A DNA stretch of 63,940 nucleotides, counting the filler, from Craspedostauros australis (Eukaryota), in the NCBI GenBank assembly GCA_030167865.1. It is 13 parts of 13 records of this genome, joined end to end, with 100 filler letters (N's around TTAATTAATTAA, not from the genome) between each part and the next. Parts side by side here need not be neighbours in the genome. Positions count along the whole stretch, not along the records: positions 36,371 to 48,154 come from JALAGF010001732.1; positions 48,255 to 50,322 come from JALAGF010001734.1; 11 more parts are not named here. One strand, given 5' to 3'. Within the stretch, counting starts at the first letter, position 1; every line of letters starts with the position of its first letter. Below the pieces are notes generated by a model. It saw only the letters and a list, made by a program, of their open reading frames with translations, was not told the origin of the DNA and ran no database searches. A program made the position numbers and the translations under genes. Below are positions 38,429-50,322 of the stretch, piece after piece.

Positions 38429-39028
38429 TGTCATTATGACTATGATTAAGGACACGAACGTGATTGATACCAGACCTATCACGAGAAGGGTAGTCTGTCC
38501 TAAGGAAATGTAAGAACCACACCAAAAGCGGATCAGGAGGTCATGATACCAAACCAACCATGGCAACCATGCAGACGACCACGTCGATCAGAACAGATGG
38601 GCAATGGGCAAGTGATGCACCCTCTCCAGGGAGCAGCACACACCCCTCCTGCGGACAAGACATGCCACAGGTTTGGAACATCACCAAGGATGACACCAAT
38701 CGTGAGACGGTGTCATGATATCAACGACGGAAACACATGACAGGCAAGTACTCAGGACTGCAGATTCCTACCATGCGAACGTAGATGGCTACGAAGATGC
38801 AGAGGCAAACAACAAAGATGCCAAGATAAGGATGCAAGAACAGAGCATGATGAATGCAGAGGGAAGCACCTGGGAACACAGAGACACCCTGTGTCGATAC
38901 CGCAACAAATGCCTGCTATGAAATCGAAATTGGAAGAGAATGTGAGATTGAGCTCACAGTTCTAAAACAGTACAGTTTCTAACAGCAGATTAGATTACAG
39001 CACTAACTATAACCTTGGATTTCCAACA
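38429..39028 (+). mobile_element. Probable solo LTR, family B (about 600 bp)
   Basis: TGTC...TTCCAACA termini. 3' part similar to 13582-13753. No clear TSD. Confidence 0.5.
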
Positions 39029-39635
39029 GATGTGCCTCCATTGTTTCTGGGGTTCCGGTTGTGTGCTCTATCGGTTTGGTTGGTGAGCGACGGTACCGGC
39101 TGTTGGGTGTCTTGGAATGTGAAGCGACTTGGAATGCTATCCATGGGAGCCATGGACTGGACTTCGTCGTCGAATCTCAGCAGGTCTGCACGTGCGGTGG
39201 ACTCGTCGATTGTCCCAAGCTATCGGTTGTTCAGTGTGAATGTGTCAGTGGCTGTGGCTGGGTTGTTCGTATGCGACGTGACGTTCGTGGTTGTTGGGGT
39301 TCTTGGGGATGCAGGTGGAGCGAGGATGCGTTGGACGGCTGCTACTGGTTGAGGCAGTTCATAGTTTTTGTCGTTTTGCATCGCTCAAAGGTATTTCTCC
39401 AGGTTTTGCTTCCATGTAGAGAGGGCCTTCTGCGTGGCAGTGTCGTTGAGAGGGTTCGAGGTCAACCTGCACATAGACATGTTGATTTTGAGGAGGTCAG
39501 GCAAATCTTCGCTGGTTGTGTCAATCTTGTTGTTCTCCATCAGGTCCTTCTCATCGATGTAGCTGCAGATATGTCTCATGCGAATGGAGTCAGGCATGAG
39601 CATGTCAGGATCCACCAGTGTGATGAGTCTACCAA

Positions 39636-40213
39636 TGTCGAGATGTACATGTGAGTATATGTCGAGATGTATGTGTGTATGTGCATCGTTCACCTGTTAT
39701 TCTCTCATACGCATTTGGACGGTAAAACTACATTCGTGTCGATAGTATGCTGTGATTCGTCAGAATTACAGCGGAAATGGAACACACGAAAATGAGCAGA
39801 ATTTCTGGAGGAAATTTGCAATCGACGATTTCTGAGAGAATTAGAAACATCGTCCGTCCATCCATCAATGGAGACGTATGGTACCAAGCGAATCTCGAGG
39901 TACCTCCCAACTAAACCTGAGATGACGATATCATCTGACAGACTACTGCATCACCAATAGAACGTGACATCTGGAGAACAGAAGGACGCTTACTGACGTC
40001 GACAGGATGTCATCATGTCACCACGTCAACATCTGTCTCCAGGTCTGAGCAGGAGGCGAAGATCTGATGACCGAAGGACATCAGGATCATGGATATTAGA
40101 GGTGAAGTTCAAATGGTAAGTACTCATGGAGTAGGAACCCGTAGTGAACGAACAGAGTGTCGAATGCGGAGTACGCATCGAATGCGAAGTATCGTGTAGC
40201 ACGAGTACGCAAT

Positions 40214-40247
<34 letters not shown>

Positions 40248-40451
40248 CGAAGAATAGCAAGAGAGCATCTCGCACACCAACTCATAGTTGGAGACTCAAT
40301 CTACGAGACAGACAAACGCGCCGAGAGCATCGGGCAAGAGAACAGACACCGAGAGGATTGGAGTCTCAACGTACTGAAATAGCAAACAGAACGACTATCA
40401 ACAACACCATCTTCCATGATCGTAGGCTTCCAATCACAGAACTTGCCAACA
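39636..40451 (+). mobile_element. LTR family A, copy 3, abutting and truncating the CoDi gag-pol remnant
   Basis: TGTCGAGATG...TTGCCAACA, (GA)n tract at about 40218-40243. Homologous to the copies at 11947-13581. Confidence 0.85.
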
Positions 40452-42430
40452 GGTGGGGTCCCAGTTCGGTGACGGAGCCATGAGGACGACATGACGCAGG
40501 TCGGGGTCATCCCATTCGTCATCCGTCGGTGCCCTGGTGGGGAATATGATGTCACCCCATGTAGGCAAAGCGGGATCATGTATGCACCCGAGGTGTCCTT
40601 GACAGCAGACTGGATCGCATGTGTGAGCGCGGTCGGCGCATCCGCCATGAACTTGGGCGTCTCACTGACGTGGGTGTCACTGCATCGCATCTGCATTGGG
40701 CACAGCAGGTTGTGCTCCATTGATGGGACATGCACCGCCTGGTTGACTACGACAAGGACGACCTGGCCAGTACCAGGATCATTGTATGCGAGTGCTCCAA
40801 ACACCGTGCGGAAATCTTGTACAGGCAGCAACGGATCAAAGGAACAGACAGAGACGGATTGGTTCAGATCGTCGACTATCTTAGCGCGCTTGCTTATCAC
40901 GCACATGTCGGCGTGTGAATCCAGTTCCGTCCTGTGCGCAGTTCCCATGGTAGCCACTGTGGCTTGCACCCGCTGGATGGTGAAAGGAGCCACCTGGCGT
41001 CATTGCCGCGTGAGATTGTCATTGTTTTGGTTGGTGGTCTTGGCCTTGTCCTTGGCGCTATCCTTCTCAGGCTGGCTGGAAGTGGCAGCCTCAGCGACGC
41101 CACACGCCACTGCCTGGGCAACAGCGCTGATGTTGATCTGTTGCGCGGATGTGTCGGTCTTGCGCCGTTTGCTGCGGCTATCACTGCCCTTGTTGCCTGG
41201 CACATGCCCTTGGGCCTTCCGGGCCGCACAGAGCCAGTCCTGCTGTGCCTTGGACAGCTTCTGATACTATGCATTGGTGTAGTAGGTGTCTTCCACACCA
41301 TCTGGCTTCTCGCTGACGTCACCCTGTTGTCCAGTGCGGATGCGTGCCGCCGCAATCTTCACGGATGGCTTGCCTGCCCGCACGGATGACCTCATGATCT
41401 TGTTTTGGAATACTCGCGCCGCTGCAGTGAAGTCCTGCATCAGGACTGTGCTCGCCTCCACCATTGCAACACACACCTCTACCTCGTCTGTCTTGATGGT
41501 GTTGATGAGGTGTCTGACTTTCTGCCATTTAGATATCCCAATCTTGCCATGTGGGACACAGTTGGTCAGGATTTGGTGGTGGTGATAATGAAGCTGCAGC
41601 AGCTTCTCAAAGTTCCAGTTCCGCTTCTCGCCATGGTAGGACGAGTTCTGCAGAGCAAGTGTCAACTTATCAACCATGTTGCTCAAATGGGAGGGTCCAA
41701 GGTAATGTTCTTGAAGAGCCTCGAATGCAACACGTCCATCTCTTTTGCCCCGGCATGTGGCAATCATGCTCCATGCCATTGTTGGATGCAGCAATGCAGA
41801 GAGCAATGTCCATACTTTGCGGTTGTCCACAATGAAGGTGGGATGAGGAATCCCGTTCTTCCAAAGCGGTGCCCGTGCAACCATGTGCTCCTGCTCATCG
41901 TTGTAGGCATCCTTCAGATCCTCGTCTTCGTTGGCAACCTCAGCCTCCTCACATATGACGTATGGCAGCGGGATCCCAGTCCCACCACGCATCTCTGCGA
42001 GCCGTTCGACGATCGCATCAATCGTTGCCGGCCAATCGAGCTCGTCAACCGTCACATCCATTTCTGGCTCGTTGTGCGCGGCTTCGGGCGCCATTAGCAC
42101 GCGGTGGCAATCAAGAAAGTCCAAGGTGACTGCTGGAGGGTCGATGGTTTGGCTGATGCGCTGTCGGTGCCGCATTGTGAAGCAGGTCAGCTTCAGGTTC
42201 TTCGCTGCCCGAAGGGACACCGGGATGCCCAAGTTGGGTCCATCACCAGCCGCATTCATCCCTCCTGGTCGTCGGACTGCCTTGACCAGCTCATCAACAT
42301 CACGGTCCTCGAGCGGCTCCAGTTCTGCGATCAAGTTGATGTCCTGGTCATGAAACAGCACATGTGCTGCACCAGCATTGAACCCAATCCTGGTGAACAA
42401 CCTGCGCATTGCGGCTCCGTCCGCTGCCAT
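40452..42430 (-). mobile_element. CoDi-like Ty1/copia gag-protease pseudogene
   Basis: Gag: LFTRIGF...VRRPGG...GIPVSLRAAKNLKL...DGRVAFEALQEHYLG...YHGEKRNWNFEK. Premature stop at 41267-41269 and a frameshift near 41000. Protease RTELDSHADMCVI...HNLLCPMQMR, then YFPTRAPT...NWDP cut by the LTR at 40451. Confidence 0.88.
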
Positions 42431-42957
42431 GGTGGTTTTGCTTGATGATTGTTGCGTTGATTGATGTGCTGTCTGTTGCCTTTGCTTGTCTAGTCTTCCG
42501 ACTGTCTGACTTGCTGGCTGTTCCAAACGGTCTGGTTGCTTTCTCTCTCCACAGCGTCCTGTGGTGTGCTCGTCGATGCGTCGTGCAGCACTCTGTGACC
42601 GTACACAGAAGTGACAGGCAGAGCGTAGTGCAAACGACTCCAACCTCTTGTCTTCAGCTCATTGCACGCCTTGTCTCCGTTCTCCAACCGATGGATATAG
42701 CTGATAAACTCAAGCAATCTGGTGGTGCAATTGTACTTGCGTGTGAACACAGCTGGGCGATGAGACAACGTGCGTTGAGAAAAGGGAAGAGTGTGTGTGA
42801 CACGAGAAGGGTGTCGTAAAAGTATGAGAGAAACCGTGGTGCAATGCCTGGGTGAAAACTCTCGTTGCGCGTTCGCAGTGCGCGCACAAAAGACTTGAGT
42901 CTTTTGTGGCCACCGCTCTATCTTACATCTGGCATTTTGACCGATCCGATTCACTGG

Positions 42958-44000
42958 AAAAGAGACTAAACAATTCAAAATGGGAACATACTCGCTGAAA
43001 CGAAGAACAGTTGAAGTTCATCTAAAGAACGAACTACTTTTTACTCAGTGTGTTCCTTGTCGCACCATGAAAATTATTTTGGCGCGAAATTCTGGCGCGA
43101 AACCTCCCACCAACAAATACGGAACAATCCCTCTTTTCCCTCCTTCTCCCACTTTCACTCATGAATCACCACCGACTCAAATACTATTCGAGTCAATGGG
43201 ATCAAGGCACCCTGGGAGCTATATGCTCTCCTGAACTATTGCGATGCAGTCAACCTGAATTCCGTTGTCAGCTAGCCAACCTGATAGCCCTGCACAACAA
43301 TAGTCAAGAGATCTTCCCTGCTTCAACACATGCAGGGAATCCTACATCAATTCCCTTTGCCTGACAACCTGTGTTCTCGATCTCAACCTCAATCAAGGTG
43401 TCAAAGCTTTGTACTCAAACGTAGAACGACTACGATGAGATACTGGAGAAAGAGAGAAAGAGAGGACCCGTCCGCCCTCAGCACTGAACCTCTGAAGGTC
43501 AGTGCAGAGCCGCACTACTCAACTGACTATCGTTTCTTCATCCTACATCTGAAACTGATCAACTCACAATGCATACTATTCAGATAACAAATAGCACAAC
43601 TCAAGATCAGCACAACAAAACTAATCTACTTCATTGTCATTCACTACAAATCCCCAGACGGTCGCCCCAAGTTGACTTCACCAACAGATTCCTCGAATCT
43701 GGCAGTCAACTAGGCCATCCCTTCCGGATCGTGTCACAACAGCACACGAAAATCCAACTAACAGCAAAGGGTTAATTTGGATCGAAGTAGTCGGTAGTCA
43801 CAGGCTGAAACCCAAAGGAGATCCAAAAATACGCACATCCATCGGTCCATAAAACTTAAAATACGACCAACCTCAGAACTGAAATGGATCAGTATATGTT
43901 TTCGATCTGCGAGGATTACGAATATGGGCTTAGTTTGGAAATCCGAGGAAACAATGAAGAGGTTCATCTCAAAGTGCAGGTCGACTCACTGATCAGGCTC
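42958..44000 (-). mobile_element. Copy of the GAGCCC-TIR MITE family, interrupted by an insertion of about 750 bp (about 43009-43759) that itself holds a probable solo LTR (43263-43686)
   Basis: 42958-43010 and 43760-44000 are contiguous in the uninterrupted copy at 62359-62649. AAC(AG) is duplicated at the junctions. The internal piece runs CGTTG...CCAACA with near-TSD AATTC/GATTC. Confidence 0.65.
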
Positions 44001-44094
44001 CTCTGTATGAGTGGCACCAGTGATAAGAGAATGATCTAGAGTATTGGCATTATGCTATTGCCTCACTCTCCTGTGTGTGGTGCGCGTATGTGTG

Positions 44095-47000
44095 CTAACA
44101 CTCGATGCCTTCCACTTTGCTGTTCAGATCGTCGACCTTCCCCATCGAACCCCATTCGTCATAGGCCTTCATCGACTCCGTGTAGTACTCTTTCGCTTCT
44201 GCTTCACGCCCACAGGCCATGCAACAGTCCCCCAATCGCTCATGTGCAAGACCTTGATCATGGATGTACCCATGACGGGCAAACACCTTGATGGCCTCCT
44301 TGTACAACGTCATTGCCTCACAATGCTTGCCACGCAAGAACTGCTGTTCCGCCTTCAGCGTCAGGATGTAGTGGCGGCAGTTGGGATTGCCCTGTGCTTC
44401 CCATCGCTTCAGCTGCTGCAGGCATTTCTTCCCCACCTTGTAGTACTTCGAATTGGCCGTCTTGGAGTGTGATGCGGCGAAGAAGCAGATTGCCGCGTGG
44501 AAGAACGCCGACGGTAAGCCCAGAGAGCCCGGAATTTCCTTCATCAGCTGAAAGATCATGTCGCACGAGATCTTGGCGCCGAGCTCGTATTCGCCGAAGA
44601 ATGCGCAGCAGAATACCTTGGAGGAGTCGGTCATGCTCTGGAGGAGGCCCTTGACTTTGTCACCGAGTCCCTCCATTTCGCTTTCTTCATTGAAGGCGTC
44701 GCCGATGTGGAGGATGCGGTGCTGCGATACTCCGCGCAGGTTCAGAACCTTTTGCCAGGAGATCTTCAGAAAGGCTGTCTGGAGGACCTGGTGGAAATCT
44801 GTCGCCACCCTTGCCAATGTCGCGAGGTCAGAATCGAGCTGTGGCAGGGTGGTGCCGATATGAATATGCACTGACATGCCGGACGTGGCGCTCCAAAGCG
44901 CCCTGTCTACGTCGCCAACAGACATTCCCAGACGGTATAGATCCATAAACGGCTCCGCCATGTCTTCGAGGGGACCCAGGTGGTGCTGCACCCTCGCGTA
45001 GTACTGGACGCGGAAGACACCTTCTGAGATGGGATGGTCCATCCTCGCCATGAGTTCCAAGGCCCTCTGCCCCAGGACCCGTCGTGTCTTGGCATCTCCA
45101 ATCACAATTCCTGCCAACACTCCCAGACGCATGAAGGCGCCCGGAGAATACTCGGAAGCACCGTACTTGAACGTGAGGTCGACGATTTGCAGCGAAACGA
45201 AAGGGATGAGCTCCGGCTTGGTGAGGAAGCAGATCGTTATCATTTTCGACATCATCGCCATGACGGCCTCTTCTTTCCTGTTCGTGATCAGAGGCATGTC
45301 GGCGATCATTTTCGGCGTCAACCAGCGTCTCATGCGCTTCAGCATCAGCAAGCGAACGATAGTGTGCACCGTGCGCCCGATTCCAGGCTTTGGCAACTTG
45401 TATCCAAGCTGGGCAAGCACATGGGTGCAGAGCTTGAGGGCGGTGTATTTATCTCCATCGTTGTGCATATCCGCCATTTCCACATCGACGAGAGTGTCGT
45501 ACGCTTTGATCTTGTCCACCATGTCGCACTTCGACTCGATGATGATGTTGCAGTACTTGCGGGCCCGGTCAAGCTCCAACGTGACGAAGGCGCACTCTGC
45601 CGCGGCGGTGTAGGCTTGCAATGTCTCCTCCTGCATGGTCTCCCAGCAATTTTCGGGAAGGAGATAGATGGCGGTTCGGAAGTATTGGGACGCCAAGTGG
45701 AAAGATGAGCAGCTCACTGCCTTGATTCCGGCGCCGAAGTTGAGCATCATGACGCGCTTGCCGCGTTCGCTCTTGTTGATGTCTGGGATGAGATCGAGCC
45801 TCGTGTTGACGAGGTTGGCGATCATGAAGATGCGCTCGTTCAACTCGTCTTCGGAAAGACCGAACAGCAGGATCTCGCCGACTCGGTACTTCAGCTCGGA
45901 CAACTGCTCCTCGTCCACCATGTCCAATGCCGCCTCTTGGACCTTGTCATGGCTGAAGTTGTAGATGGTCGATGGCTTCGCCCTCCTCTTTTTCTTCTGA
46001 GTCTTCATCTTGCTGCGCGTTCTGCTCAACGCTTTTCTACCTGACTTGGCGGAAAGCCTCGATGTGCCGGCGATGCCCACGGATGTCTCGATGAGACCTT
46101 CCTGCTCGCATGTTTGCAGCATCTCCTCAATATCGTTGGTGGAAACGATGTGGGTGATGCCAAATAGCGTACGAACGAACGCGGAATGGGCGGAATGGAT
46201 GGACAGACCGCGCATCACGATGCCGATGGTCGAGTGTGAGAAAGATGCACCCAGACATGCTGCGATAGGTAAGATCTGGCGAGCATTGCGCACCTGATGC
46301 AGCTTGTCCTTCATGAGCTCGATGATGCTGCTCGTGGATGGTGACTTGGCCCGTATCTCTGCATCGTCCCATGACCATGCCCAAGTGAGTCTGCTGCTCT
46401 TGGTGTTGGATGGTGGTGGCGGTGACGATTGCTTCGACCCGTTGTACTTGAGCAGGCCTTCGTCAACCAAGGACTGAAGGAATCGCTGGACGAAGAAGGG
46501 ATTTCCAGCCGTCTTTTGATGTACCACATCAGCAAGCTCCTCTGCAACCTTGGACAGGTGGCTCATGTCAGTTTCGGCGTCGGCGTCGGCGTCAGCGCCA
46601 CTGCCTTGTACATTGCGTGTGCTGTCACCCGTTGACACAGTCAACAGCCGACACAGCATCTCGTTGACGTGATGCACCTCCAAGTCCTGGACAGGAAGCT
46701 TGACGATGCGGAGGGCACGCTCCCGCTTGGATTCATCCAATGATGTCAGCGTGGTCTTGAGAACATCGTTCTCTTCCAGAAGGTTGGATCGGTAGCACCC
46801 GATGATCATGAGCGATGAGTTCTTGTTGTCCAGCATCCATGATTTCACGATGTCGAGCGATGCCTTGTCTGCCCATTGCAGATCGTCGATGACGAAGACG
46901 AGGGGGCAGTAGTTGCAGATGATCTGAATGAGCTTCCGCAGAGCGAACTTGAGTCGGTCGCCGTGGGCGCGGTATCCGATGCGATGGCTCTTCGCCCGAG

Positions 47001-48105
47001 CTGTGCATTGCGTGCCTGACCAGTTCGTCGATGCGCTCATGACGGAGGCGTCGTCGTGGAAGTTGACGCTGGCGTTCATGTGGGCGTCGCCGAAGACGAC
47101 ACGTGGGAGATCCGGGATGATGTTCGACAGTGCCTGGACCTCTCCCTTCGTCATGCCTCGCCTCAACAGCTTTCGCAGGGCGGAGAGTTGTCTAGGATCC
47201 TCGCTGAAGGAGGGTGTTGGTGTTGGGAGACCTAACTGTTGGCTTCCCTCCTTCGCGCTTGTACCGACAGTAGTTGCTGTGTGCGATCCCCCTTCTGTCG
47301 CGCTCAACAACGATGCCGATGATGTCGATGATGATGACGTCGATGATGCCGACGATACAGTGGCGGCTGCGGATTCTTGTGTTCGGAATGCCAAGTCAGC
47401 TGCTGAAACCTTGTTCAGAGGAGTGTCGATGATATCGACTGGAGTATCAGCCTCACCAGGCTCCAGGCTGAGGATCTGTTTGCAGAGCTCCATCAATGCC
47501 GGTTTGATGCCGGCGTACGGTTGCTCGGCATTCATCTTGGAGATCTCGCATTTGCCAGTCACGGCGAAGCCATGGAATGGTGGTTGATGTGGATCGCTGT
47601 CTTGGACGGAGGCGAAGCGCTTGACCTGCATGGCGAGTGCCGTCTTTCCACCGCCGGAATGTCCTGAGATGAGCACGAGCGTCCTCTTCGAAGATGTGCC
47701 TTCTGCGGACGTCGGCTGATGCTTGTTGACCACATCCTTGGGTGAGGATGGCGCCTGGAGTTCGCCAGAGTGGAGGGTTGGATGGATTGTGCTGCGGTTG
47801 TTGATGCCAAGCACGGAGTGTCTCTTGCTTTGCGCGCAGGTGGTTCGGAAAGCGTTCTCAAGGATTCGAAGCTCCTTGTCCCTTCCGATCAAGCCCACCT
47901 GACGGAACGGGAGCTCCGCATGTTCCATGGTGACCGTGCTGTCTTTTGACGATGTTGCTGTTGTTGTCGATGTTGTTGATGGGAGTGCCTCCTTGCTCTT
48001 CGTTGTCTCGTCTGGTGCAAGTTGAATGGAGAGAGCTTCGACCTTGGAGGTAGGAATGTTGTGTCTCGCGGCATGCAACGTCGGCGATAAGTGTGTGCTA
48101 TTCAT
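44095..48105 (-). CDS. STAND-class AAA_16 / COG3899-like P-loop NTPase with C-terminal TPR-like helical repeats, 1336 aa, intronless
   Basis: LIGRDKEL, Walker A LVLISGHSGGGKT, GKC..QPY, Walker B PLVFVIDDLQWAD, IIGCYRSN, KTAGNPFF (GxP), FSHDKVQEAA, TPR-like end (HDQGLAHERLG...AYDEWGSMGKV). Confidence 0.88.
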   Translation of the reverse strand: MNSTHLSPTLHAARHNIPTSKVEALSIQLAPDETTKSKEALPSTTSTTTATSSKDSTVTMEHAELPFRQVGLIGRDKELRILENAFRTTCAQSKRHSVLGINNRSTIHPTLHSGELQAPSSPKDVVNKHQPTSAEGTSSKRTLVLISGHSGGGKTALAMQVKRFASVQDSDPHQPPFHGFAVTGKCEISKMNAEQPYAGIKPALMELCKQILSLEPGEADTPVDIIDTPLNKVSAADLAFRTQESAAATVSSASSTSSSSTSSASLLSATEGGSHTATTVGTSAKEGSQQLGLPTPTPSFSEDPRQLSALRKLLRRGMTKGEVQALSNIIPDLPRVVFGDAHMNASVNFHDDASVMSASTNWSGTQCTARAKSHRIGYRAHGDRLKFALRKLIQIICNYCPLVFVIDDLQWADKASLDIVKSWMLDNKNSSLMIIGCYRSNLLEENDVLKTTLTSLDESKRERALRIVKLPVQDLEVHHVNEMLCRLLTVSTGDSTRNVQGSGADADADAETDMSHLSKVAEELADVVHQKTAGNPFFVQRFLQSLVDEGLLKYNGSKQSSPPPPSNTKSSRLTWAWSWDDAEIRAKSPSTSSIIELMKDKLHQVRNARQILPIAACLGASFSHSTIGIVMRGLSIHSAHSAFVRTLFGITHIVSTNDIEEMLQTCEQEGLIETSVGIAGTSRLSAKSGRKALSRTRSKMKTQKKKRRAKPSTIYNFSHDKVQEAALDMVDEEQLSELKYRVGEILLFGLSEDELNERIFMIANLVNTRLDLIPDINKSERGKRVMMLNFGAGIKAVSCSSFHLASQYFRTAIYLLPENCWETMQEETLQAYTAAAECAFVTLELDRARKYCNIIIESKCDMVDKIKAYDTLVDVEMADMHNDGDKYTALKLCTHVLAQLGYKLPKPGIGRTVHTIVRLLMLKRMRRWLTPKMIADMPLITNRKEEAVMAMMSKMITICFLTKPELIPFVSLQIVDLTFKYGASEYSPGAFMRLGVLAGIVIGDAKTRRVLGQRALELMARMDHPISEGVFRVQYYARVQHHLGPLEDMAEPFMDLYRLGMSVGDVDRALWSATSGMSVHIHIGTTLPQLDSDLATLARVATDFHQVLQTAFLKISWQKVLNLRGVSQHRILHIGDAFNEESEMEGLGDKVKGLLQSMTDSSKVFCCAFFGEYELGAKISCDMIFQLMKEIPGSLGLPSAFFHAAICFFAASHSKTANSKYYKVGKKCLQQLKRWEAQGNPNCRHYILTLKAEQQFLRGKHCEAMTLYKEAIKVFARHGYIHDQGLAHERLGDCCMACGREAEAKEYYTESMKAYDEWGSMGKVDDLNSKVEGIEC

Positions 48106-49282
48106 GTTGTCTCGTCTGACGGAGTGAGTGAATGGATCGTTCTGTCCTGTTTTGNNNNNNNNNNNNNNNNNNNNNNNNNNNNNNNNNNNNNNNNNNNNTT
48201 AATTAATTAANNNNNNNNNNNNNNNNNNNNNNNNNNNNNNNNNNNNNNNNNNNNACAAGATATCTTCATCATCAAGTCAGGAATGGGGTGGAGAAGTGTG
48301 TCTCAATCTGATTGAGTGGAAGAGGTTGAAATGAAGCACATGTGGCAGTCGCATTTTTTCGACCTGAAGGAAAACTGGCTGTGGCGTCAGCATCGGGATG
48401 GATTAAAATGTGGAGATCCATCTTGAGGCATTGTGGGATGCATCAACGTGTCCCCAACGAATCAGGGATCGAGGTGTGCTGCGTGGGGGGAACAGAGATG
48501 ATTGTTAACAGGAGATATGATGGGATGAAGCAGCCGCTTCTGGACAGTTCTTCATTGTCAAAAATTATTAGCTCAAACTAGTATTCCTATTAGTCGTGTT
48601 AGGATTTAGTCGAGTTAGTCAAATGTCCGACTGCTCAGAGTTTGAGCGGGATTGAAGCGTGACTCGATGTCGGTGGGATGGGGTCCCACCCTCGAATCGT
48701 GCTCTACTTAAGGCGATGTCGCGTGTCCGCTGAATTTGGGTTTGGGCGATCGTGCCATCCCACGCCACTTATGGGCGTGACATGACCTGTCCTGAACGGA
48801 CAATCGGGTCAAACCGTTGGATGAACCTGTTCCCCCAAATTGATTGTAAGAGAGTGAACAACAAACTCTCTCTCCGACCGTCACGAAATTGATGTCTCCT
48901 CTCGGAAATGGCAACATCGACACCGTGATGATTGCACGTACAGAGACTCAACGCTCCACTATGTTACTACTAATAGAGATGTTGCAGATCCAACTATAAT
49001 GGATGCTGCACATCACATGCTCACAATCCTTTTGAAAGTCTCATTTGGATTCGTATCAGCTATTAAAGACTAAGACACACACTCACACACAAACTCACCA
49101 ACCTACTGCACTACCACGGATTGATCACCCTTTGGCGTTCAGTAAGTTCACCTCGTTTTCATTATCGTTCTATCAAAAATGTTGGTTTTCAGCAATAGGC
49201 CACCAAGGCGCATTGAAGGGGCATCGATCTGAGCATTCTTGTCAGGGATGGATACATATGGAGTGTATGGAGACAATGAGGT

Positions 49283-49692
49283 GCGCAGGTGGACGAAACG
49301 AGACGGTTATGGGCATCATCTTGCATGCCAAAGTGATGGCAGCATGGCGCCATCCAGAGTTTTGCGGAACACACAATCGCACGTGATCAACAAAAATGAT
49401 GTTAAATTTAAAGTTAATTCAAATTTAAGTTCAATATTCCTCTACTTCGCAAGTGAGTTGTTCATGTGGTACACTTATTTTTATTAAAAATGATATGGTG
49501 TTGCGATATAGCATCATAAGCATTTTTTCATTTTTGCTCTAGACTGGCTACGAAACACGACAATTCTCGTGTTGGAGGGCAACAACCAGCGTTACTGTGG
49601 TGTAAATTATTGCTGAGCGCAGTAGTATGTAGGAGAGACAATTTCTGGAGTCCAAAAAAAAAAACATGCAGGTCGACTCGCTAAGGGGGCTC
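49283..49692 (+). mobile_element. MITE family, other end (terminus ...GCAGGTCGACTCGCTAAGGGGGCTC); left boundary uncertain
   Basis: Same terminal motif as 60800-60827 and 62359-62385. Internal part aligns with 50423-50640 plus 57927-58010. Confidence 0.65.
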
Positions 49693-49757
49693 ATACAATC
49701 ACATGCTCGATACTACGAGTATGCATTCCACGGAGCAACGGTTTAGGCTCCTCATGC

Positions 49758-50322
49758 TTAATCGATGTCAGTCAGCACAGACAGATCATCCTCATCGAGG
49801 CCCACGGAACCATCCATACCATCTCCGAGCTCCGACCCGAACACGAGTGCACTGCCAGGGCCATCACCGCCCTTGCCACGGTCGGCGAATGCGTCAAGCT
49901 CTGCGCATCTTGAAGTGATCGCCCCAGTGAAAGAATCCCGGGTGATTCCGAAGAGGAAGTTGCCGTTGCCGTCGTCAGTGAGGCCCTCCGGACGCTGGCG
50001 ATCGGGATCGTTGAGGGTCTTCAAGTACTGCTTGCGCCGCTTCTTGATGTCGTTGACCTTGCTCTTGCCGCCCCACGCCTTGTAGTAGTCCACGGCGTGA
50101 ACGAAGTAGTCACCAACCATCTCCTTGGAGCCGTGCTCGACGAAGTGTTCTCCAGCCAGCTCGTTGGCGAGGGCAACGTCGTGAATGCAACCAGCCTTCG
50201 TTGCTGCGATGATCGCAAGGTTGTAGGCATGCTGGATCCTGGGGCTCTGCTTGTTCTTGAGGGTGATCGCGAGCTCTTCTGCTTCGAGCAGGAGCACTTG
50301 GTGCACCCAGTATTTGCCTCTG
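49758..50322 (-). CDS. C-terminal fragment of a second STAND/COG3899-like NTPase-TPR paralog (5' end lost in gap)
   Basis: HQVLLLEAE...YNLAIIAATKAGCIHDVALANELAGEHF...AVDYYKAWGGKSKV parallels the C-terminus of 44095-48105. Confidence 0.8.

Noticed and set aside
39636..42430. LTR copy 3 as the cognate LTR of the adjacent gag-protease
   Set aside because: It is in the opposite orientation (as judged from the PPT-linked copy at 34462) and cuts the pol frame mid-domain, with no PPT or PBS at the junction.
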